A stretch of DNA of 64,000 nucleotides from an uncultured Mycoplasmatota bacterium (GTDB lineage Bacteria > Bacillota_I > Bacilli_A > RF39 > UBA660): the NCBI GenBank assembly GCA_900546715.1, contig UREA01000003.1:11189-75188 (forward strand), written 5' to 3'. Numbering within the stretch: position 1 is the first letter of the stretch; each line of letters opens with the position of its first letter. The position numbers and the translations under genes are program-made. Positions 27,754 to 35,515 of the stretch are shown piece by piece. The notes under the pieces are model-generated. The model worked only from the letters and a program-made list of their open reading frames with translations. It was not told the origin of the DNA and ran no database searches.

Positions 27754-27873
27754 ACTGGTAGATTAAATCAACTCCGGGACTAATAACCCTAGTCTTTACT
27801 AGTATTGGTTTGAGGTTCCGACTTCTGTAGGCATTAAATGCTACTTTAAAAGGCAACCGTTTGGTTGCTTTTT
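27754..27873 (+). ncRNA. unclassified structured small RNA, copy B (paralog of copy A)
   Basis: Same promoter architecture (TTTACA 27719-27724, TATAAT 27742-27747). Same core at 27776-27822, with GUUCC replacing GUCCU in the closing helix. A different downstream hairpin, and terminator GCAACC/GGTTGC followed by T5. Confidence 0.55.
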
Positions 27874-27948
27874 GAATTGTAATTTTGTAAAATCACTATA
27901 AAACTCTGTTTTTTTTACTAAATCATGGTATAATTTAATAGTGATGTT

Positions 27949-29148
27949 ATGGAAATTTTAGCAGATATATTAAGACCTAAAAAACTAGATGATGTTGTAG
28001 GTCAAACTCATTTAGTTGGTGATAATAAAATTATTAGTAATCTTGTTAAAAACAAGAAAATTTTTTCAATGATTTTCTATGGTAAACCAGGGATTGGTAA
28101 AACTAGCCTAGCGGTAGCTATAGTTAGTGAACTCGGCATTAGATATAAAATGCTTAATGCAACAGTAAATAATAAAGCTGATTTTGATGTATCTATAGAA
28201 GAAGCAAAAATGTATGGCGAATTAGTTTTAATAGTAGATGAAATTCATCGAATGAACAAAGATAAACAAGATTTACTTTTGCCTTACATTGAAAATGGAA
28301 CAATTATTTTAATTGGCATAACTACATCTAATCCATATCATAAAATTAATCCCGCAATTCGGAGTAGATGCCAAATATTTGAGCTTCATGAACTTACTAC
28401 AGATGATATAATTATAGGATTAAATAAAGGTGCAAAAAAATTAGAAAATATTAAAATAGATAAGAAAACATTAGAATATATTGCAACTCTTGCTAGCGGT
28501 GATTTAAGATATGCTCTAAATTTATTAGAAATGGCTTATTACTCTACAAGTGATGGTGAGGTTTCTGTAGAAACGATTAAAACGATCAATTCCAAACCAG
28601 TATTTTTTCATGATAAAAATGAAGATGGCCATTATGATGTTTTAAGTGCTTTGCAAAAATCAATCCGTGGTAGTGATGTTGATGCATCTCTTCACTATCT
28701 TGCCAGATTAATTGTAGCAGAAGACTTAGATAGTATTTACCGGCGTCTTTCTGTAATTGCTTATGAAGATATTGGTATGGCTAATCCGGGGATTGGTCCA
28801 AGGCTTATGGCAGCAATTTCGGCTTCAGAATTAGTAGGACTTCCTGAAGCAAGAATTCCTTTAGGACAAATAGTAACTGAAATGGCCCTATCTCCTAAAA
28901 GTAATAGTTCGCACCTAGCTTTAGATGAGGCCTTAAATGATATTTATAAAGGAAATACTGGCAATGTTCCGGGTCATATTAAAACAAATTCTAAAGATTA
29001 TTTATATCCCCATAATTATCCTAATTCTTGGGTTAAACAACAGTATTTGCCAGATAACTTAAGAACTCGAAAATATTATCAACCAAAAAATAATAAAATA
29101 GAAAATAATTTAAATAAATTACATGAAGAAATGAAGGAGGAAAAATGA
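27949..29148 (+). CDS. rarA: replication-associated recombination protein A
   Basis: Walker A GKPGIGKTS, Walker B LIVDEIHR and the MgsA C-terminal HYDVLSALQKSIRGSDVDASLHYLARL. Confidence 0.95.
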   Translation: MEILADILRPKKLDDVVGQTHLVGDNKIISNLVKNKKIFSMIFYGKPGIGKTSLAVAIVSELGIRYKMLNATVNNKADFDVSIEEAKMYGELVLIVDEIHRMNKDKQDLLLPYIENGTIILIGITTSNPYHKINPAIRSRCQIFELHELTTDDIIIGLNKGAKKLENIKIDKKTLEYIATLASGDLRYALNLLEMAYYSTSDGEVSVETIKTINSKPVFFHDKNEDGHYDVLSALQKSIRGSDVDASLHYLARLIVAEDLDSIYRRLSVIAYEDIGMANPGIGPRLMAAISASELVGLPEARIPLGQIVTEMALSPKSNSSHLALDEALNDIYKGNTGNVPGHIKTNSKDYLYPHNYPNSWVKQQYLPDNLRTRKYYQPKNNKIENNLNKLHEEMKEEK

Positions 29149-30119
29149 AAATTAGTGTAATTGGCACAGGGGCTTATGGTTTAGCTATTGCCTTATCTTT
29201 AGCTAAAAATGGTAATGAAATAATGATGTGGACAGAAAATCCTAATAAAGAATTGGAATTTAAAGAAACAGGCAAACTAGCATCAATTTTACCAAATGAT
29301 ATACCATATAATATTAAAATATCTTCATCTTTTGAAGAAGTGCTTAAAAATACTAAATTAATTTATATTGTAACAACTAGTAAATATATTGCTAGTGTTT
29401 GTGATGGAATACTTCCCTTTTATAAAACAAGTATTCCGGTATGTATTGCTGCCAAAGGATTAGAAGAAAGTTCTCTAGATTTACTTTCCAACATCGTCCA
29501 AAAAAAACTTAAAACAAAAAACATTGCAGTAATTTCTGGACCAACATTTGCAATTGATATGGCCAATAATGAACCAGTTGCTCTCGCTTTAGCTGCAAAT
29601 AATGCTAGAACTAAAAATTTAGTTTTACAAACTCTCCCTGGAGATACATTAAAACTTCGTCATACTAATGACCTAATAGGCATTCAATTATGTGGATCAG
29701 TCAAAAACATTATTGCTATTGCATCAGGCATTTTAGAAGGCTTAGGTTATAGTGATTCTTCAAGAAGTTTTTTAATAAATGAATCATTACATGATATTAA
29801 ACATATTATCAAATACTTAGGAGGTAATCCTAAAACTATCTTATCTTTTGCAGGTATTGGAGATTTAATGCTTACTTGTTCTAGTAAAAAAAGTCGAAAT
29901 TTTTCTTTTGGTTATGTTATAGGTAGTACTAAAAACAAAGAAAACATTGAAGAGTATTTAACGAATAACACTGTTGAAGGTTATTATACCCTAGAAACCG
30001 TTTATAACCTGTTAAAGAGGAAAAAGATTAATATTGAATTAATCAATGTTATATATGACATTGTCTACAAGTTTGATAATCCCGAAATACTTGCTAAATT
30101 TCTTATAACAAAAGAATAG
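29145..30119 (+). CDS. gpsA: NAD(P)H-dependent glycerol-3-phosphate dehydrogenase
   Basis: ISVIGTGAYG Rossmann start and GSVKNIIAIASG motif. Confidence 0.9.
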   Translation: MKISVIGTGAYGLAIALSLAKNGNEIMMWTENPNKELEFKETGKLASILPNDIPYNIKISSSFEEVLKNTKLIYIVTTSKYIASVCDGILPFYKTSIPVCIAAKGLEESSLDLLSNIVQKKLKTKNIAVISGPTFAIDMANNEPVALALAANNARTKNLVLQTLPGDTLKLRHTNDLIGIQLCGSVKNIIAIASGILEGLGYSDSSRSFLINESLHDIKHIIKYLGGNPKTILSFAGIGDLMLTCSSKKSRNFSFGYVIGSTKNKENIEEYLTNNTVEGYYTLETVYNLLKRKKINIELINVIYDIVYKFDNPEILAKFLITKE

Positions 30120-30127
30120 CCATTAAG

Positions 30128-30799
30128 CTATTCTTCTTTTATAATATCATTAATTACATAATATGCTAAGTATAAACCTGCAACAGCTGGTGGAAATATA
30201 CTTGATGCCACAATCCTATCATTATTAAGAGGCATATCACTAGCATAAACAACAGGTATATCTAAATCAATTTCTTCTTTTCTTAGCATTCCTCTTAATT
30301 TCTTAGCTAAAGCATCGTTTTGAGTATTCTCTAAAGTTGTAATAACTACACCAGTTGGATCTAATCTTTTACCAGTACCTAGGGCACTAATAATTTTAAC
30401 ATTATTTTCTTTAGCATATTTAATCAAGGATACTTTAGCATCTAAATCATCACAAGCATCAATAATATAATCGGAATATACTAAATCCTTAACATTATCT
30501 TTAGTTACTCCTTCACTAATCCCTTTTATTTTTATTTCCGGATTAATACTCTTCATTCTTTTTATAGCTTCTTTAACTTTATAATGTCCAATATTATTAG
30601 TATTACTAATTATTTGTCTATTTAAATTACTTAAGACAAATTTATCATTATCATAAATAGTAATATTATTAATACCACTTCTAACCAAAGCTTCTAAAGC
30701 TATACCACCAACTCCACCTACTCCAACTAAAATAACTTTAGTCTTATTAATCTTTTTTACATTTTCTTCACCAATTAAACTAATTAATCTCTCATCCAT
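30128..30799 (-). CDS. tcdA: tRNA threonylcarbamoyladenosine dehydratase (ThiF/YrvM family)
   Basis: VILVGVGGVGG and NLNRQ motifs. Confidence 0.8.
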   Translation of the reverse strand: MDERLISLIGEENVKKINKTKVILVGVGGVGGIALEALVRSGINNITIYDNDKFVLSNLNRQIISNTNNIGHYKVKEAIKRMKSINPEIKIKGISEGVTKDNVKDLVYSDYIIDACDDLDAKVSLIKYAKENNVKIISALGTGKRLDPTGVVITTLENTQNDALAKKLRGMLRKEEIDLDIPVVYASDMPLNNDRIVASSIFPPAVAGLYLAYYVINDIIKEE

Positions 30800-30822
30800 A
30801 CAAACTCACTTTCCAAAATAAA

Positions 30823-30992
30823 ACCTAGAAGGTAGCTGCGTAGATAAAAACCCGCTCTCAGCAGGTGGGCATCACATGACCTACTTTAGGATCCTTATGC
30901 ACTTAATGGATAAGTCTTCTACACCATAGATCAATTAGATTCCCGTATATCATATTTAGTCGGTTTTATAATGACAGGCTACCTTACTAGGT
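30823..30992 (-). ncRNA. ssrS: 6S RNA candidate
   Basis: TTGCAA, 17-nt spacer, TATAAT (-10 at 30999-31004). Locally GC-enriched, about 170 nt. The ends pair (ACCUAG.AAGGUAGC with GCUACCUU.CUAGGU, then AUAAAACC/GGUUUUUAU), giving a rod with a large central bubble and a terminal arm. It sits next to the yrvM/tcdA homolog, as B. subtilis bsrA does. Confidence 0.55.
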
Positions 30993-31054
30993 AATTTAAT
31001 TATATCAAATTTATTATATCTTTGCAATAATTTTAAATTAAAAAGAAGCATAAT

Positions 31055-31864
31055 TTATGCTCCTTTTAAACTTAATAAACTTTCAATATCTACTATATCC
31101 ATAGCAACATAATTATTCATAGCTTTTGTTACATTTGCAACCCAACTAGGTTTAGCAATTTTTACTCCAGCCTCATTATATGTTGGATTATATATTCTAC
31201 CAATTGATTCAACAGTTATAAGACCTTTACCAAAATATCCTTCACTTAACAATTTGATATATGAATATATTCCGTATTCAATATTTTTATATCTGATTAA
31301 TCCCCCACCAGACATACCACCAAAGATATTGTTTTTATTTAACATACTTTTAGCACTATATCCAGATTCAATTTCAGCAATTGCAGCAGCTATACTAAAA
31401 TCTACATTACCATAATAATCACAGAAATACTTAATTAAAGCAACCATATATTCTTTACTCGGATTACTTGTATTAAGTGAATTATCAAATAATTCTGGAT
31501 TACTTTCTTCTAGAGAAATCAAATAATTAAGTAATATATCATCTATATTCTCAGCATTAAGCAAATTAAGTTCTTTAAAATTTTCTTTTAATTTATCTAT
31601 AAACACATTATTATCAATTTGAAACATATTACTCATAAAACTAATAGTTTCTTGATTTGTATTAAAGAAAATATTTAATATTTCTTCTTCACTTAATATT
31701 CTACTGGTCTCGGGAACCTCCGCATCGACATTATAACTAATTGAATGAACAATCATTTCATCCTTATTTATATAATGATGCATTGTCAAACTAAATGTTA
31801 AAAGAACTGCCCCAATCGATAGTAAAATTAATCCCTTTTTATTCTTTTTTATATATTCTTTCAT
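31055..31864 (-). CDS. membrane-anchored GH73-type N-acetylglucosaminidase
   Basis: N-terminal TM segment; AAAIAEIESGYSAKSMLNKNNIFGGM with a catalytic-Glu context. Own TTGCAT, 17-nt spacer, TATAAT promoter. Confidence 0.6.
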   Translation of the reverse strand: MKEYIKKNKKGLILLSIGAVLLTFSLTMHHYINKDEMIVHSISYNVDAEVPETSRILSEEEILNIFFNTNQETISFMSNMFQIDNNVFIDKLKENFKELNLLNAENIDDILLNYLISLEESNPELFDNSLNTSNPSKEYMVALIKYFCDYYGNVDFSIAAAIAEIESGYSAKSMLNKNNIFGGMSGGGLIRYKNIEYGIYSYIKLLSEGYFGKGLITVESIGRIYNPTYNEAGVKIAKPSWVANVTKAMNNYVAMDIVDIESLLSLKGA

Positions 31865-32012
31865 ATTATTATTATACTCTCCTTTTCAAAAGTATGCATC
31901 TATTATAGCACATTTTGATAAAAAATGCAAATCAGCACGAACAAACGTATCCTTTGCATCAAATAATTAGGGTCATATCGTAATATGACCCGTTTTAATA
32001 TTTTTATCTATT

Positions 32013-33845
32013 TTATGCCATAGTTATATCTGGTATATCACTAAGTGGTGTATTATCCCCTACTGGATTTGGTGTAACTGTGCTGCTCGCCTGTGGTTGT
32101 AATCTCCAGCAAGCGGATACATCACAGTTAGATGAATATGGCATTGGGTTTGGCATTTCCATTTTAACAATCATTGGTATTTTAAAGGCTCCACCAAAAC
32201 AAACACAATTACCAGGTTGTAATACTTTTTGTTTATCTAGAATATCTGCTGAAATATTTGGAAGCATTTCGCCAATATATTTAATATCAAGTGGGTGAGT
32301 CATCTTAAATATCAAGAAATTATTACACTGAGCAATAACTGTATCAGATATTTCTACTGGTCTTTGACTAATAATATCAAGAATTACCCCATATTTTCTT
32401 CCTTCTTTAGCAATACGATCAAAGATATTATAACCAAGTAAGAATGTATCATTATCTTTTTGAATATATCTATGAGCTTCTTCTAAAAATAAATGGAAAG
32501 GTATTGTAGCTCTTTCACTTCTACCTTTAGAAAAATCAAATATCATTCTTGAAAATATCTTAACAAATACTTTAGCATATATATCATCAACATCTTCTAA
32601 ATTAATATTTATTATTTGGGCTTTTCTAGCTCCATTGGCAACTAATGATGATATATAATTTGGTAGTGTTACATATTCACTACTAAAGAATCTATTTAAT
32701 TTACTATTAATAATCGAATTTAGTCTAACTTTCAAAATTGTGGCATCATCATGTAAGTTTTGATTATGTTGAAATCCTTCACTAATTAAAGTAAATTCTA
32801 GGGCTGCCGCAAAATCCTTCAGTGAATATGCGGCCTTCTCCGGTTCTTTAATTGAATCTAAGTCATCATTAATTTTACTTAAAATATAATTAGTAATTAG
32901 TACTGATTCTCCAAAATTACCATTAGAATCTATTTCAAAACATTCACTTAAAGTTCTAGTATATCCAAGCCCCGGTATTACTGAATCAAAATTAAATTCT
33001 GGTGTATGACATACTTCAATTATTGTAAATATTTCATTTTTCTTGCTAGCTACTGTTTCATTTGAAAATAATACTGCAAGTAAAGCTTTAGCAATTAAAT
33101 GATTTTTATATTGATTAGCTTCTTCACTATTAGTTGAAAATATTTTAGCAAGTTTAATAGTATGTTCAATTATTGGTAGTTGGGCATGATCACTTGCTTG
33201 AAATAATAAGGCAAAATCATCTAATGTAAGTAGATTTACAGGAATACTTAATGGAATATCTGTATCATCTTGGGGATTCGTTGTAATAAATTTATAACAA
33301 TAATTAGGATTTATTTCATTAAGTTTTCCAAAAGCATTTTTATATTCCCCAAATGAATCAAAGATAAATAAATTAGCATTATATTGGACATTAAACTTAG
33401 AATTAAAGATATTTTGAATAATTCTAGCCACCCCACAAGATTTACCAGAACCAGAGTTACCAAATATTGCTAAGTGATTAGAAAACAAATTATTAATATT
33501 TGGACATATCTTAAATCCTTTATAAATAGCACTTTCTCCTAAAACAAAGCTTGATTCATCATAGGTACCAACAAGTTCCATTAATTCAGCTTGATTAATC
33601 ATTCTTATTTTACTTGTTAAAAGCGGCTTTCTTAAAACCCCATTTACATACTTACCATTAATATATTCTCCTAAAAATCTTATTTTAATAACTTGACTAC
33701 CAAGTTCAAATACTTCTCCAAGAATTCTTTGTTCTCCTTCTTCAAATATAACATTTAAATTCATTAAATCAGCAGCACTAGCTTCTGTATTTAAATTTTC
33801 TACATGAGCTTCACTATCACCAATATAAACTATTTTTCCAAACAT
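32013..33845 (-). CDS. HerA-type (FtsK-HerA superfamily, DUF87) ATPase
   Basis: N-terminal HAS-barrel-like region (GKIVYIGDSEAHVE...ILGEVFELGSQVIKIRFLGE). Walker A FGNSGSGKS, Walker B HLFLEEAHRY, and EGRKYGVILDIISQRP. Confidence 0.8.
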   Translation of the reverse strand: MFGKIVYIGDSEAHVENLNTEASAADLMNLNVIFEEGEQRILGEVFELGSQVIKIRFLGEYINGKYVNGVLRKPLLTSKIRMINQAELMELVGTYDESSFVLGESAIYKGFKICPNINNLFSNHLAIFGNSGSGKSCGVARIIQNIFNSKFNVQYNANLFIFDSFGEYKNAFGKLNEINPNYCYKFITTNPQDDTDIPLSIPVNLLTLDDFALLFQASDHAQLPIIEHTIKLAKIFSTNSEEANQYKNHLIAKALLAVLFSNETVASKKNEIFTIIEVCHTPEFNFDSVIPGLGYTRTLSECFEIDSNGNFGESVLITNYILSKINDDLDSIKEPEKAAYSLKDFAAALEFTLISEGFQHNQNLHDDATILKVRLNSIINSKLNRFFSSEYVTLPNYISSLVANGARKAQIININLEDVDDIYAKVFVKIFSRMIFDFSKGRSERATIPFHLFLEEAHRYIQKDNDTFLLGYNIFDRIAKEGRKYGVILDIISQRPVEISDTVIAQCNNFLIFKMTHPLDIKYIGEMLPNISADILDKQKVLQPGNCVCFGGAFKIPMIVKMEMPNPMPYSSNCDVSACWRLQPQASSTVTPNPVGDNTPLSDIPDITMA

Positions 33846-33854
33846 AATATTCTC

Positions 33855-34313
33855 CTATTCTACAATAAATTCTCTATCTCCCATAATAAAATTTCCTAAA
33901 ACTCCATCATCTATGGGTATAAAATACATAAGTATTTCATCACTATCTTCTATTACCTTATTTACATGATAAGTTAAATTAATCTGTGTATCCAACACTT
34001 CTACTTCAATTTCATCATAAAATTCTAATGTATCATCATAATTAATAAAATCTACAATATAATCATTAGTATTTAAATCATTTGCAGTTAAGAAAACTAA
34101 TTCATGAATATCATAATCTGCCAAAAAAGCTACATACTCTTCATATGTTTTAATCAATGTTGGATTATAATAAGTATTATCATCTTTTTTTATAACAATG
34201 CCTTCCACTACTTCTCTATAACTATTGCCTCTAGTACCTAAATAAATCCCTAAACAAGCGGCCCCTAAAACAATTATTATAGCAAGCGTCGTAATAAATA
34301 ATCTTTGTCTCAT
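33855..34313 (-). CDS. bitopic membrane protein (about 152 aa), HerA-operon gene 2
   Basis: MRQRLFITTLAIIIVLGAACLGIYLG TM segment. ATGA overlap with the upstream gene and a 9-nt gap with an AGGAG RBS before the HerA gene. Confidence 0.65.
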   Translation of the reverse strand: MRQRLFITTLAIIIVLGAACLGIYLGTRGNSYREVVEGIVIKKDDNTYYNPTLIKTYEEYVAFLADYDIHELVFLTANDLNTNDYIVDFINYDDTLEFYDEIEVEVLDTQINLTYHVNKVIEDSDEILMYFIPIDDGVLGNFIMGDREFIVE

Positions 34314-35077
34314 AAAATCTCCGTACCAATCCAATTATAATGATCATTATTAATAATAAAACTACTTCTATAACTTACTCTTCTTCTAGTTAAATGTTTA
34401 TTAATATATTCATCTAATGTTAAATTATCTTCATTTACATCATTACTATTAAATTCCAATAACACTTCCTCATATAAACCATTACTATATACTTTATATT
34501 CTACTACTCCATCAATACTCTCTTCACTATAAAAAAGTATACTTTCATCTAAATATATTTTATCATCACTTATGCTAATATTTTCTATATCTCTATCAGC
34601 TTTATAAAGTATTCCTTCATAATCAAGTATATTACATACATATTCTTGATTTATATATTCACAATTATTCTTTCCATTTACATTAAAACTTTCATTTACT
34701 ATTATTTTATCATTTCCATACATATTACTTACAATGTTAATAAGTTCATTACTATCAATTTTACTTTCACTTACACTATACATTCCTTTAGTAAGCAATA
34801 TCTTATTATCTATATCTTTTATAGTTACTAACTTATCTTGATAAGAACTTTTATACTCTTTATTATTTACAGTAACATATGGTATTAAATTCTCAAGTTC
34901 TAAACTTAAAGAATCTACTCCTCCATCAAAATTAACAACTGTATTAATATCCATATCACTACTATCTTTATTAATCCAATTATTAACATAAAGCAATATA
35001 CAAATAACCAATAACAATATAAATATAATAAATCCCAGTATTATATTTTCTTTTCCTTCTTTAGTATCATATTTCAT
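34310..35077 (-). CDS. bitopic membrane protein (255 aa), HerA-operon gene 1
   Basis: Single N-terminal TM segment (IILGFIIFILLLVICILLYV) and an Asn/Asp/Tyr-rich ectodomain. Extended -10 (TGTTATACT) upstream. Confidence 0.65.
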   Translation of the reverse strand: MKYDTKEGKENIILGFIIFILLLVICILLYVNNWINKDSSDMDINTVVNFDGGVDSLSLELENLIPYVTVNNKEYKSSYQDKLVTIKDIDNKILLTKGMYSVSESKIDSNELINIVSNMYGNDKIIVNESFNVNGKNNCEYINQEYVCNILDYEGILYKADRDIENISISDDKIYLDESILFYSEESIDGVVEYKVYSNGLYEEVLLEFNSNDVNEDNLTLDEYINKHLTRRRVSYRSSFIINNDHYNWIGTEIL

Positions 35078-35142
35078 TTATATCACCTATTCTTTAATAA
35101 AAGTATAACACAAAACCTATATTTAAGTAAATAATGTATTGT

Positions 35143-35196
35143 AAAAAAACTGATAAACTATCAACTTTTAACTTTGACATATTTATCAGTTTTTAT
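35143..35196. terminator. bidirectional terminator between paralog 2 and the HerA operon
   Basis: ACTGATAAA/TTTATCAGT stem flanked by an A-run and a T-run. Confidence 0.45.
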
Positions 35197-35262
35197 TTTA
35201 ACATTTATATTCTTTGAAATTATATATTTTTAAATTAATTTATAAAAATTTACACACTTCTA

Positions 35263-35515
35263 TTGACAAGGTCTCCATTCGCTCTAAAATTCACCCCGCT
35301 CGCCTGGACCGCAAGGGCCCTAGACGAGCAATGTCCTAGCCTCAATTCACACGAATCGGGTCAGTGGACAAGCCACTTCCCGATGCATATGTTATCGAAG
35401 ATGTTAGATAAAAGACTGGCCGCACGCCGTGCGAATTGCTCACTGTACTGTCAGAGACATCGCCAGCGGAATCCACTCGAAAGGCAGCAGTCGAAACGTA
35501 CGAATCGCGGGAAAT
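35263..35515 (-). other. GC-rich recoded cassette covering the last 57 codons of paralog 2 plus about 80 nt of 3' flank
   Basis: Hand count gives about 55% GC against a background of about 27%. Codons switch to TCG/CGC/GCC/GGC/CGG/CCG right after the conserved EWTISR. AT-rich sequence resumes abruptly at 35262. Confidence 0.8.

Noticed and set aside
31938-31950. CGAACAAACGTAT upstream of the GH73 hydrolase promoter as a LexA box
   Set aside because: The right half-site has two mismatches (GTAT versus GTTC), and the site lies upstream of the -35 box rather than over the promoter.
35270-35275. GGTCTC (BsaI site) at the cassette boundary as a sign of synthetic or cloning origin
   Set aside because: A single 6-mer is expected by chance in a GC-rich stretch. 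No paired site or vector-like sequence is present, and the cassette encodes a natural homolog of the paralog.
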